Assembly (NCBI RefSeq): GCF_009914755.1
Contig: NC_060930.1
Source: the human T2T-CHM13v2.0 reference genome, Homo sapiens
DNA: 64,000 nt
Direction: 5' to 3' (one strand)
Shown: in pieces, positions 25,974 to 41,120 of the stretch
Layout of the letters: the number at the start of each line of letters is the position of its first letter
Numbering within the stretch: position 1 is the stretch's first letter
Notes under the pieces: model-generated
What the model was told of the DNA's origin: nothing
Seen by the model: only the letters and a program-made list of their open reading frames with translations
Databases searched by the model: none
Position numbers and translations under genes: made by a program

Positions 25974-26919
25974 TTAAAGCACTTGATATTCCTTATTTAC
26001 CTCTTTAAATTGAAGAGTTTTCTTTTAACTAATCTCTTCTGTGAGCTTTTTTCTGTGGCTCTTACCCTTTTCATGGATCGCCCATCGCCTCCACATCTGG
26101 TCTACCTCATTTCCCAATCTTATTTTCTAGGATGAAAAAAAAAAGTCTCAGATAGACCAAAGGAGAGCTAGATTCCACTTCAGTCTTTATCTGAACTGAA
26201 AAATCCATGATTTCAAAATCAACCCAATATTGTAAACCAAGCACTTATCACTAATTCCACCTGATTTTCTCCCCCACTCCAAGGGAAAAAGGGAAAGTGA
26301 GACCTGTAAACTGCCTTTGCCTGTGAAAGAATCTCTTCTAGGTCCTTCAGTGCATGCAGAACTCAGACAGCGGACGCAGCCAGCAGCTGGACCTCTTCAT
26401 CCACAGGGTTTACCTCACAATAGCTGGCTGCCAAGCCGTTTCTGTACTGCCTAAAGCCGGGGAGCCGTGGCAACCATCGGGGCCGCAGGTGCTCTGACGG
26501 TGGCCCACGTTAGGCAGAGGCACTGCCACAGTCCCCTCCCCCGGGAGCGTCATGGGGCAGGAGCAACCAGCACACCTGAGCCCAGAACCCGCATTCTGGG
26601 TGTGAAGTGACTCCACCCTGCGCAGAGGGAAGGCGCCGTCGCAAGTGCAGCCTGCATATCACGTGGGGTCTGTTTTTCAGTAAAAAGTAGGTTTGCAACG
26701 TGAGATGGTGAAGGAAGTGATTTCTTACCTGTGTGGCTGCAGGTAAGTTAGTGAATCTCTCTGAGCTCAGCTTCCTCATCTGGACAGCAGGACTCCTTCT
26801 GTGCTCCAGGGCTTGTGAAAGTTCTCTAGAATGAAGCAGAGTCCCTGTAGGATGGGTAAAGTGCAGGGCAAAACCCAGTCAGTTCCTGTTGTGAGCTCTC
26901 CTATGAGAGCCTGTCTTGG

Positions 26920-27970
26920 TGTAGCAGATTGAAGCACAGATTTGGGGTTCGACAGACCTGGCTACAGGCCCGCTCTGTCATTCATTACACACGTGCTCTT
27001 GGGGAAGCAAAGTAACTTTCTCATGCCTCGTTTTCTCCCCGCAGGAAAGAAGAACATTGACACCTGCCGTCGTGGGTTGTTGGGAGGACTAAGTGATATG
27101 GGAAGGAGGCAGGGAAGTGCTGGGTAGAGAAAGGTGGGTCCCTGGCTAGAGCTCCACCCTCGGGCCTGTGTCCACAGAGCTAGGTGAGGACAGGCACTCC
27201 TGCCTTCACACCCGTATGTTGCATTTCCCAAAACCACCCTGGCCCAGCACGCCCCCAGCCTGTGCCTGTAAAAACCCCAAGACCCAAGCGGCAAGACAGC
27301 AAGAGGAGACCGTGAGCGGAAGAACACCCAGGCAGCTGGACGGCCAGAGGCGCACATTGATTGGAGAGCCCGCGGCAGGCACTGAGACACTGGCACGCCG
27401 CAGGCTGTTCCTGCGGAACCACGCGGAGTTTGGCCAGGGTGGTGGGAGAGGAGGCCGGCTGCTCAGCAGCCTGACTCCAGGGGAAAACCTTCCCGCTCCA
27501 TCTCCCTTCTAGCTCCCCCATCTGCTGAGAGCTACCTCCACTCAATCAAACCTTGCGCCCATTCTCCAAGCCCAGGTGTGATCCGATTCTTCCAGTACAC
27601 CAAGGCAAGAGCCCGGTATACAGAAGTCTTGTGTCCTTGTAACAAGGTAGAGGGTCTAATTGAGCTGGTTAACACAAGCCGCCTAGAGACGGCAAAACTG
27701 AAAGAGCACACGGTAACACACGCCCACTGGGGCTTCAGAAGCTGTCGACATCCACCCTAGCCACTGTCGTGGGGTCAGAGCCCCACAACCTGCCCATCTG
27801 TATGCACCCCTAGAGATCTGGGCAGCGGGGCACTGAAGAAGTGAGCCACTCCGGCTCTCACACGCCCTGCGAGGGGACAAGGAAACCTTTCCTGTTTTAT
27901 GAGGATAATAATGAAAGCAAAGCTGTAGCGTGGCATCTACCAAAGCACAGAGCTCAGTAAATACTTGCTG
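26920..27970 (+). mobile_element. MIR SINE split by an LTR1-family insertion
   Basis: Left half ends gtgggttgttgggaggactaag; right half resumes tgaggataataatgaaagc..gagctcagtaaatac. Confidence 0.7.
27094..27899 (+). mobile_element. LTR1-family (ERV1) solo LTR, ~806 bp
   Basis: Starts tgatatgggaaggaggcagggaagtgctggg, contains ctaggtgaggacaggcactcctgcc, ends gcgaggggacaaggaaacctttcctgtttta; imperfect 4-bp TSD taag/tgag. Confidence 0.85.
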
Positions 27971-28914
27971 CGATTGTAGGATGGCCGGGAAGTCTTCTCC
28001 CCGCAAAACCGCAATATTATGTGACGAATACCATGTGACAGGCCTAACCTCTCAAGGAAGATGAGAGAATGCAGTCATCTGACTATTGAGCTATTCTCCA
28101 CTGACAGAGAGGCCGTTTATTCAGCAGACCTGAAAGACAGAAAAACAATCAGAAAAGTTGAAGTAGTGACTTTTTTAGAAAAACAATATTGTGGATCAAA
28201 TAAGCTGAACATTCTACATCTTTACAACTAGAAATGCTGAATGAAAAGCATCAATCATCTTTTCAAATATATAGCTTAGCTCACAAGCAAGCAAAATCCA
28301 CAGAGGCCAGGAATAAAGGGACCAAATGCCAGAGAGGGAGTCTGGGCTGCAGCAGCCCCACAGGAGGGGCGGGAACATCTGCAACTTGGTCTCTAAGTAT
28401 CCACGTGACATTAGGTCCCTAGGGAGTTGGAAATTAAATCTGAAACCCTAACAGAAAGATGGGGCCCTCCTCAGTAGAAGAGCACACTAAGAAAAATCCC
28501 TTTGGCAAACACAGATGGCAAGCAAGCTTATCCCACTTTCCGTGGGCTCCAAAATGGGGGAAAAAAGTGTTCCCTTAAAATTCATTATTGCAGACCTGTT
28601 CTCATCTGGGATTGGGGTTCAGATTTTTATTATTTGATGTAATAACCAACCACCACACTTATTGAGACTAGGTTATTTTTTATTGGAAAAAAATCAGCTA
28701 ATAATGTAAAAAAAAAAAAAAGAGGGAATTAGAAAGTCCACCGTCCATAACACTGTTGAAATTATTGATTCAGGCGAGGATTATCAACTGCTGATACAAT
28801 CATTAGGTTTAAGATTTAAGGAACAAGTACTCTATGGAGTGCCAGACTAACACAGCACACATTGCTCTCTAGTCAAACGAGAGATGGGGAGGGAGGTTAA
28901 GAAAGCCCGACCCC

Positions 28915-29265
<351 letters not shown>

Positions 29266-29749
29266 TCAAAGAAGTACTGAGCCAGTCTATCATGCCCGCC
29301 TCAGGATTATCTAATTCTCTAGGGCTGTACGCCTTTGTTGACTCACAGTTTACTATTGATTAGGATATTTAGCAACTCTGTAAGGGCAGGTGTTAAGCTG
29401 TAGAAAATTGATTCCATGCAAATGATTCTTTTCTTATACAAACGAACCCATGTCTGATAGAGGTGCAAATGTTGTCACTCTGATGTAAAAGATAACCCCA
29501 CGTTTACAGTTTCAACATCGTATAAAACATTAACCTTTCTTGTAGCTAATTTAGAAATCTTATCATAACATTATTTTTTTCAGGGGCTATAAATACTTCT
29601 GTATTTCCTGTAATTCTTTGAACCAAAATTGCCATGCTCCTTGTTCCCCCAGTCATGGGTTAAATAAGTCTTTGTCATGTACTCACTTCCTATTTGTAAG
29701 AATCATCTTTTTGGCTTTTGAAAAATTATATTTGACAAAGCATAATTTT

Positions 29750-30610
<861 letters not shown>

Positions 30611-31481
30611 ATGACAAACTAAAGCAAAAAATGATACTATTTGGGTAGCTGAAATAGCTTTAAGCTGAAAATTTTATAAAAGCAATCTAATGATGTATTA
30701 TAACTCTAGGTCTCAGGTCAAAAACAATTGCAAAATTTTCTAGGTAGACACATCCTCACAAAATTTGCAGTTTTTCTGCAGATACATTCTCAATAACAAT
30801 GGATTTAATTCAAAATAATACAAATGTGAGAGTAAAAAAAATGACGATGTTTCAAAAAATTTAAGAAAGCATTTCCCAGGTGAAGAAGTCCTTACAGCTT
30901 GGGAAACCCTTCTTTTTGGGATACTGAGACTGCAAAGTAAATGGACACCTTGTCCACAAACACACCTCAGAGACACTGCAGGTTCAGCTCCACATGACCC
31001 TAATGAAGCAACTATCACAATAAAGCAAGTCACACAAATGGTTTTGGTTTTTCAGTGCGTTTACAAGTTATGTTTACACTATAATGCAGTAAATGAGGGT
31101 GCAATTGTATTGTGTCTAAAAAACAGTGTACCTGCCTTAATTTAAAAATACCTGATTGCTAAAAATACTAATGATCACCTGAGCTTTCAGCAAGTTGAAA
31201 TCTTTTTTATTGGTAAAGGGTCTTGCCTGGATGTTGATGCCTGCTGACTGATCACAGTGGTGGTTGCTGAAGGCTGGGATGGCTGTGGCAGTGTCTTCAA
31301 ATAAGACAATGATGAAGTTTGCTGCATCAATGGAATCTTCCTTTCAGGAAGGACTTCTCTATAGCATGTGATGCTTTTTATAGAATTTTACCCTCAGTAG
31401 AACTTATTTCAAAATTGGAGGCTATCCTCTCAAATCCAGCCCCTGCTATATTAACTAAGTTTACGGAATATTAGAAATCCT

Positions 31482-31780
<299 letters not shown>

Positions 31781-32066
31781 TCATTTCAACAGTGTTCACA
31801 GCATCTTCACCAGGGTAGATTCCATCTCCAGAAAACACTTTCTTTATTCACCTGAAAGAAGCCACTCCTCATCCGTTTAAGTTTTATCCTGAGATGGCAG
31901 CAATCCAGTCACATTTCAGGCTCCACTTCTAATTTTAGTTTGCTTGCTTTTTCCTCCTCATCTACAATTACTTCCTCCCCTGAAATCATGAACCTGTCAG
32001 AGTCACCCATGAGAGCTGGAATCAGCTTCTTCCAAAGTCCTGTCATTGTTGATATTTTTGCTCCTC

Positions 32067-32697
32067 TCATGAATCATGAATGTTCTTAATGGCACCTAGA
32101 ATAGTGAATCTTTTCAAGAAGGTTTTTAATTGACTTTGCCCAGATCCATCAGAGGAATTATTTTCTATGGTATCTTCAACCTTACAAAATGTATTTTTTA
32201 AATAATAAAACTTGAAAGCTAAAATGGCTCCTTGATCCATGGGGTGCAGAATAGATGTGCTAGCAGGCATGAAAACAACATTAATCTCTTTGTACATCTC
32301 CATCAGAGCTCTTGGATGACCAGGTGCATTGTCAATGAGCAGTAATATTTTGAAAGAAGTCTTTTTTTTTAAGCAGTAGATATCAACATTGGGCTTAAAA
32401 TATTCAGTAAACCCTGCTGTAAACAGATGTGCTGCCCTCCAGCCTTTATTGTTGCATTTCTGGAGCTCAGGTAGGGTAGATTTAGCATCATTTTTAAGGG
32501 CCGTAGGAATTTTGGAATGGTCAATGAGCTTTGACATCAACTTAAAGTCACCAGCAGCATTAGCCGTTAACAAGAGAGTCAGTCTGTCCTTTGAGGATTT
32601 GAAGCCAGGCATTGCCTTCTTCTCTCTAATTATGAAAGGCCCAGATAGCATCTCTTCCAATAGAAGCCTGTTTCATCTTCGTTGAAAATCTGTTGTT
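32067..32697 (-). pseudogene. Decayed Tigger1 transposase catalytic (DDD) domain
   Basis: ORF 32067-32660 has [21 protein letters not shown] and HPMDQG; the upstream [13 protein letters not shown] is in another frame (frameshift). Confidence 0.9.
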
Positions 32698-33024
32698 GAA
32701 CACGTTGTCTTTCACATTCAACATGGCCCCTATATAAAATTTAGCTATGCCCTACAGGACTCAAAGGAAAGGGAGAAGGGAAGGTAAGAAGGGAGGAAAG
32801 AAGAGAAAAAAAGAGGGAGAAAAGGAAGCTGTATTTCGGTTTGGGGAAGGAAAAAGAAAACTTATGTTGAATTTTTATTTTAAAAAACAACTGTGCATCA
32901 CCATGAAATCTGACCCCTTTCTGATAGATTTTGTAAAATAGTTTTGAATTTATACAATTTTTAACATATCATAAATTAAAATTTTAACTTATGAATAAAA
33001 TGGAAATTCACTCAAAAAAAAAAA
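32698..33024 (+). pseudogene. Orphan 327-bp polyadenylated retro-insert (5'-truncated retrocopy or L1 3' transduction)
   Basis: AATAAA 32994-32999, A11 33014-33024, 14-bp TSD gaaaatctgttgtt (32684-32697) / gaaaatcggttgtt (33025-33038); Tigger1 is continuous across it. Confidence 0.85.
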
Positions 33025-33686
33025 GAAAATCGGTTGTTTAGTGTAGTGATCGTCGTCAACAGTCTTAGCTAGATCTTCTGGAGAACTTGCTGCAGCTTCT
33101 CCATCAGCTGCCTCACCTTGCACTTTTATTTTATGGAGATGGCTTCATTTCTTAAACCTCACAAATCAACCTCTGCTAGCTTCAGACTTTTCTTCTGCAT
33201 CCTTCTCACCTCTCTCAGCCTTCACAGAATTGAAGAGTTAGGACCTTGCTCTGACTTAGGCTTTGGCCTAAGGAAATGTTTGGCTGGTTTGATCTTCTAT
33301 CCCAGACCACTAAAACTTTCTCCATATCAGCAATAATGCTCTATCTCTTCATGTGTCCACTGGAGTAACACTTTTAAAGTCTTTCAAGACCTTTACTTTC
33401 ACATTCACAAATGTAATTGGCTAATTGTTTGAAGAAAGAGGCCTAGTTTTCAGCCTACCTCTGCTGTTGACAGCCTTTCACACTAAGCTTAATCATTTCT
33501 AGCTTTTGTTTTAGAGTGAGAGACGGGCAAGTCTTTCTTTCACATGAACACTTTGAGGCCACTGTGGGATCATGAACTGGAGTGACTTCAATCCTGTTGT
33601 GTCTCGGGGAATAGGGGGCCTGCCTGAGTAGAGGAAGAGAGACGATGGAATAGCCAGCCAGAGGAGCCGAGAGAACACACATTTAT

Positions 33687-34824
33687 TGTAAGACCTCGAA
33701 CTATGAGAATCCTAGAAGAAAACCTCAGAAACATGATTCTGGACATAGGCCTTGGGAAAGAATTTCTGACTAAGTCCTCAAAAGCAGTTGCAATAAAAAC
33801 AAAAATTGACAAGTGGGACCCAATTAAACTAAAGAGCTTCTGCACGCAAAAGAACCTATCACACAGTAAACAACCTACACAATGGGAGAAAATATTCACA
33901 AACTCTGCATCTGACAAAGGTCCAATATCCAGAATCTATAGGGAACTTAAACAATTGAACAAGCAAAAAAAAAAAAAACATTAAAAAATGGGCAAAAGTC
34001 ATGAATGGATACTTCTCAAAAGAAGACATATGAGGAGCCAATGAACACATGAAAAGATGCCAAACATCACTAATCATCAGAGAAATGCAAATCAAAACCA
34101 CAGTGAGATATCATCTCACACCAGTCAGAACAACTATTATTAAAAAGTCAAAAAAAAAAAAAAGATGTTAGCAAGGCTGCTGAGAAAAGGGAGCAATTAT
34201 ACACTGTGAGTGGGAATGTAAATTAGTTCAGCCACCGTGGAAAGCAGTTTGGACATTTCTCAAAGAACTTAAAACAGAAATACCATTCATCCAGCCATCC
34301 CATTACTGGGTAGACATCCAAAAGAAAACAAATTATTCTACCAAAAGACATGCACTCACACGTTCATCGTAGCACTATTCACAATAGCAAACACATGCAG
34401 TCAACCTAAGGTGCCCATCACCAGTGAACTGAATAAAGAAAATGTGGTACATATCCACCATTGAATACCATGCAGCCATAACAAAGAATAAAATCATGGC
34501 CTTTGCAGAAACATAGACGCAGGGGGAGACCATCACCCTAAGCAAATTAATGCAGGAACAGAAAACCAAATACTGCACGTTCTCACTTATAAGTGGGAGC
34601 TAAACATTGGGAGCTCATGAGATACAGATGGGACGCTGGGGACACTAGAGGGAGGAGGGCAGAGGGGCAAGAGTGAGAAACTAACTGTTGGGTGTTACGC
34701 TCAGCACCTGGGTGACAGGATCATTTGTATCCCAAACCTCAGCATTACACAATATACCCCGGCAACAAACCTGCACGTGTACCCTAGGAACCTAAAATAA
34801 AAGCTGAAAAAAAAAAAAAAAAAA
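33687..34824 (+). mobile_element. 5'-truncated L1 (L1PB/old L1PA-like), ORF2 end plus 3' UTR, nested in Tigger1
   Basis: ORF2 peptide [29 protein letters not shown]; 3' UTR and poly(A); TSD core cacatttat on both sides. Confidence 0.93.
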
Positions 34825-35773
34825 CCGCACATTTATGATTAAGTTCCCTGTCTTACATGGGTGTGGCTCATGGCATCTTCCAAAAATTACAATACTAACA
34901 TCACAGACACTGATCACAGATCATCATCACAGATATAACAATGAAAAAGTTAGAAATATTCCAAGAATTACTAAAAATGCACACAGAGATGCAAAGGGAG
35001 CACGTGCTATTGGAAAAATGGCATCGATAGACTTGCTCAATGCACGGTTGCCATTTACAAAACCCACAATATCTGCAAAGGGCACTAAAGTGAAGTACAA
35101 TAAAGCAAGGTGTGCCTGAACCACATGTTGTGGGCAGAACAGAAAAAACAAAAACAAAGAAATAAAAGATTGTCTTGGAAAGGGGAAAGAACAAACCAAA
35201 ACGATACTTTGTTACAGTCAGTATGTTTGTCCACACAGAAATTTTAAAATACTTTTGTTAGAATTATTAAAAGACATCAGTGAGATATTTGGATACAAAA
35301 TTAATAAACAAAAAAAATTTAAGGATATCCGATTCCAGAAAATATGGGGTGAGAGGAACCAAATTTACTGTCTTGTTTGCTAAAACCAAAGTGTAGTTAA
35401 AAAGATACAAAATATTTAAAACAGCAGCTTCCAAAGGTGGGCACAGGCCATAAAGACAATGATCCCCGAGAGCCAGAAGCAGGTGATGAAAGCCCTCGCT
35501 TCCTCCGGCTTCCTGACCAGAGAGCTTTACAGGACTCAGTGCAGGAAGGGAGGGCCCGAGTGGATCTCTGCGGGTTCCCGAGTGAAAGGATATAGAGGGG
35601 AGAGAACAAAGCAGCTGGAATTCAAGGCGAGAACGAGCACCCCAGAGGAGGGAGTGGCACCTCCACAGAAGCCCAGAGACAGCGAAGGGTCCCCCACACA
35701 CGTTCAGCAGGGTCCTGATTGTGTGAGGAGACTGCACAAGGCCAGGAAAGAATCCTGTGAAAAGAAGAGAGGG

Positions 35774-36079
<306 letters not shown>

Positions 36080-37384
36080 AAGAGAGGGAAAGAGGGAAGA
36101 GAGGCTGTGCTCACAGAGAGGCTGGAACAGTGCCTGAGAGAGCACCTCGCATTCCACAGGACACTGGACGGGGCACTCAGAAGGGCCCTGGCTCTGTCAC
36201 AGGGAAGAATTTGCCCTAAACTATACATGGCTGTGGACCCGCCTGACAAATGTTGAAAAGCAAAATGGAAAGGATCGAACTGTTTCCAAGTAACATAACT
36301 ATGTGCCAGGGAAAAAGCTCAAGAATATTTTTAGGAATGTAAAAATACCCAGCACCCAGTAAGCTAAAATTCGCAATGTCTGGGATCCAATCAGAGATTA
36401 TCAGGCATGTAAAAGTCATGTACAAAAGCAGGAAAATACAACCCCTAATGAGGTGAAAAATCAGTCAATCTAAGGGGACTTCACACTGATGACATGGGCG
36501 TCAGAACGGCAGGCAAGGGCCCTAACCAGTGACTGTAATCCACCTATGCAGAAATCTAAGGGGAGACGTGTAGGATATAAGAAGGAAAACCTAAATCAAA
36601 CGTCTGGAGACTAAACTACAGAGGGTTAGATTAAAAAATGCATGGATGGAATACACAGACAATGGAATTAATAGAAAATTGTTAGTGAACTGACAGATAC
36701 AGCAATAGTAATATCCGAAATGAAACATACTGAGGAAAACGTAATATGTTAGAAAATAGTGTCAGGGAGCTACAGGATGGCTTCAAGCATATTAACATAC
36801 ATGTAATTGGAATCCATGAAGAAGAGAAGAGAGAAGGGTACAGAAGAGATATTTGAGGATATAATGGTTAAAAGTCTTCAAATTTGATTTTTTAAACTAC
36901 ATACTCACAGTTCTGAGAAACTCAATCACTCCCCGCACAAGAGATATGAGTAACACTACACCAGAATACATTATAATAAATTGCCCAAAACCAGTGATAA
37001 AGAATCAATCTTAAAAGCAGCCAGAGAACAAACACTGAATTTTTGTTATGCGCTACGTGCAGAGGAACAAAAATAAGAATGACAGCAGATTTCTCTTTGG
37101 AAAGAATGCAAGCAAGAAGACAGTTGAGCAATGTCTTGAAGGTACGAAACGGAAAAGAAAAACGACCCTGCCATCCTAGAGTTCTATACCCAGGGAAAAG
37201 AGCTTTCAAAACCAAAGGCAGCATGAAGACTTCTTCAGAAATACCAAAGTTGAAAGAATTCATTATCAACGTAACTGTGTTATAAAAAATGCTAAAAGGA
37301 AGTCCTTTAGGTAGATTGAAATTGACACCAGATGGTATCAATAAAGAATGAAGAATACTGGAATTTGTAACTACATTTTTAATA

Positions 37385-37490
37385 TACATTTTGTAAATAT
37401 ATATAAATATATATATTTATGTAATATAATACAAATATATATTTTATATATAAATATATAAAATAATTTCCTTATTTTAAAATATCTTTA
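37385..37490. repeat. AT-rich low-complexity tract
   Basis: (ta)n-like runs. Confidence 0.85.
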
Positions 37491-37887
37491 AAACATAAAT
37501 GAGTGTTTAATGAGAAATACAGCACAGTATAATAGGGTTTATAATTTATATGTAAAACAGTAAAACATATGACAGCAACAGCATGAAAACTGGGAGGGAA
37601 GAAATGGAAATATACTATTGTAAGGTTTATAAATTATACAGGAAGTGGTAGAATAACAGGAAAGCAGGCTGTGATATGATGTGTACAATTAACCCTAAAG
37701 CAATCACTAGAATTGGAAAAAAATAGTTATAGCTAATAATTCAACAAAAAATTAAATAAAATGAAAAGTACACAATTTATTTAAAACAAGGCAAAAAATA
37801 GGAAAAGGCAACAATAAACAAACGAGATAACATGAAACAAATAGTAAAATGATAGAACTAAAGCTAACAATATTAATAATCACATCA

Positions 37888-38179
37888 GGCTGGGTGCAGT
37901 GGCTCACACCTGTCATCCCAGCACTTTGGGAGGCCAAAGCGGGTGGTTCACCTGAGGTCAGGAGTTTGAGACCAGCCTGGCCAACATGGCGAAACCCTGT
38001 CTCTACTAAAAATACAAAAATTAGCCGGGCTTGGTGGCACACACCTGTAATATCAGCTACTCAGGTGGCTGAGGCAGGAGAATCTCTTGAACCTGGGAGG
38101 TGGAGTTGCAGTGAGCCGAGATTGTGCTACTGTACTCCAGCCTGCACGACGGGAACGAGACTCCATCTAAAAAAAAAAA
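37888..38179 (+). mobile_element. AluSx/Sz-like SINE
   Basis: Full dimer plus A-tail. Confidence 0.95.
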
Positions 38180-38228
38180 TTACATTACATGTAAATAGGG
38201 TAATCACTCAATTAGAAGACAAATATGG

Positions 38229-38532
38229 GGCCAGGCACAGTGACTCATGCCTGTAATCCCAGCACTTTGGAAGGCCAAGGCTGGTGGATCACATGAGGTT
38301 AGGAGTTCGAGACCAGCCAACATGGTGAAACTTTGTCTCTATTGAAAATACAAAAAAAAAAAAAAAATAGCTGGGCATGGTGGTGGGTGCCTGTAATCCT
38401 AGCTACTTGGGAGGCTGAGGCAGGAGAATTACTTGAACCTGGGAGGGGAAGGTTGCAGTGAGCTGAGATCGCTGCACTCCAGCCTGGGCAACAGAGCAAG
38501 ATTCTGTCTCAAAAACAAAACCAAACAAAACA
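38229..38532 (+). mobile_element. AluS SINE
   Basis: Full dimer with small deletions; (aaaac)n tail. Confidence 0.95.
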
Positions 38533-39863
38533 ATGACAGACAGCATTATGAACTGAATGAAAATGTAGACAGTTTTTCTTTTTATTGTTTTCTACAAGCT
38601 TAAAATATCTCATAATAAAATAATCATTGCTTGAAAAAGCAAACTGGCAAAAGCATTCCACATAGAGGGATGTTTGGCCTTTACAGTGCAGTGTGGTCCT
38701 CACACCAAGAGGCGATGGCACAACTAGGAAACTAGTATTTTCACCGTGGCTTCAACCCCACCTGTTAGGTGGCGTGAACCACGGGCCCAAGCTGGGGATG
38801 CTGTTGCGCGGAGCAATGGAACTGCTTGTCAGGGGCTCCTGGGTCAGCTCCCTTATGGGCATTTGCCTTTAAGGATCCCCCCTTGGGCTGAGCTAGATTT
38901 TCCAAGGCTTTCCCAGGTCACACCTTACACAGGAAAATGAAAGAGGAGAACAGCACAGCTCCACAAAGTGAGTTTGACACTCTGGAGTTTCTATTGCAGA
39001 GACAAGGTGGGAATCACAGGAGCTCATCTGCAGGCCTGTCGGACAGTCTCGTTAGTCAGAAAGTGAGCTTGAATGGGGGCCAGCCTGGGGAGAGGCAAAA
39101 TCCCCCTGGGGCTTCCAGCAGAACAAACGGTGTCTTAGCACCATTCTCATCTCATGGAAAACTGCTTTTCTTTTTCTCTCAGCACTCTTCATGGCCGAGC
39201 TGCATCCAAATACAAGCAGATGACTTCGTTAATAAGTCTCTCAACCAGCTGTCTTCATCAACGTTACCTCTACCACAGGGGAAAACAGAGGGACTTAAAT
39301 AAACCTCCTAGAAAAAAACAGGATGGCGAAATGATTTCCTCTGTTCCCAATAAGATAAAAATTAAAAATAACAAAAATCACACCTTTTCTTTTTTCTGCC
39401 TGGCAGAAAACATAGATTTCAGATTGGCCTAATTTCAGTGAGTGAGATTCCTGTCTACTGCGTCAGCCTTTCCTCCCTATCGCCAGAACTGAAAATAAAT
39501 ACCTTGCAAAGTTGTTTCTTTTCTTGTCTCATTACTGTTTTTTAAATAAACAGTATGATTGGAGACGTCAGGCAGAGCCTCACCAGACACACCCCACGAT
39601 GAGGCCAGAACCACGTGCCTGAACCCCACTCCACATCTGGCCAAATCCCACAGGAACGTTGACAGGCACACGGTTTCCTAAGGGAAGACTCAGCAGGCTG
39701 TAAGTTGGAACAGCTGTACAGATATTTGAGATGATTTCATCTAAACTTCTTCTGGCTACTCCGACTTCCTGTCTATGACACTCTGTGAGTTCCTTTAGAA
39801 AAACATGTATTGTTTAATTTGCTATTGCTTAGATTATAAAAATAATATTTATTATGAAAATCT

Positions 39864-40164
<301 letters not shown>

Positions 40165-40454
40165 TTATTAGGGCAGTTAACAAACGTTTCTTCTCCTTCC
40201 ACCCTCGTGAGACTGCACTTCACCCTTCATGAGGTTTGATGTGGCCGTGTGATGTGCTTTGAGCAGAAGTGTGTATCACTTCAAGATGAAAACCGTTAAC
40301 ATCTAGCACACCATTGACTACATTGCTTCTCTTCTGCAGTGGTGATTGTAGAAGACAAAAAGCTTAATTTTTTGTACTGTCATCTTTCTTTCAATTCATA
40401 AATGCATTAATGTACTAGACTAGATGATTGGTTAGGTGAATTACAAATACATTA

Positions 40455-40892
<438 letters not shown>

Positions 40893-40957
40893 TTAGTGCC
40901 TGACTAATTCTGACATCACAGGCACTCTGAGGGTCTTTGGTCAGTGGACCGTGTCTT

Positions 40958-41120
40958 TGGAGAAGAGGTCTTGTTTGCCCAGGCTGCAGTGCAGTGGCAC
41001 AATCCTCGCTTATTACAGATCTGAACTCCTGGCTCAAGCCACCTTCCTGCTTCCACCTGTCACGCAGCTAGATGGCTGGTATGCCCCAGCATGCCCGGAT
41101 AATTTCTTTCTAGAGATGGG
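40958..41120 (-). mobile_element. Degenerate AluJ-like partial SINE
   Basis: gcccaggctgcagtgcagtggcacaatc..gaactcctggctcaagc. Confidence 0.8.

Noticed and set aside
32067-32660. Possible domesticated TIGD/CENP-B-like gene
   Set aside because: Frameshifted from the first catalytic motif, split by insertions and bounded by TIRs: a decayed Tigger1 copy.
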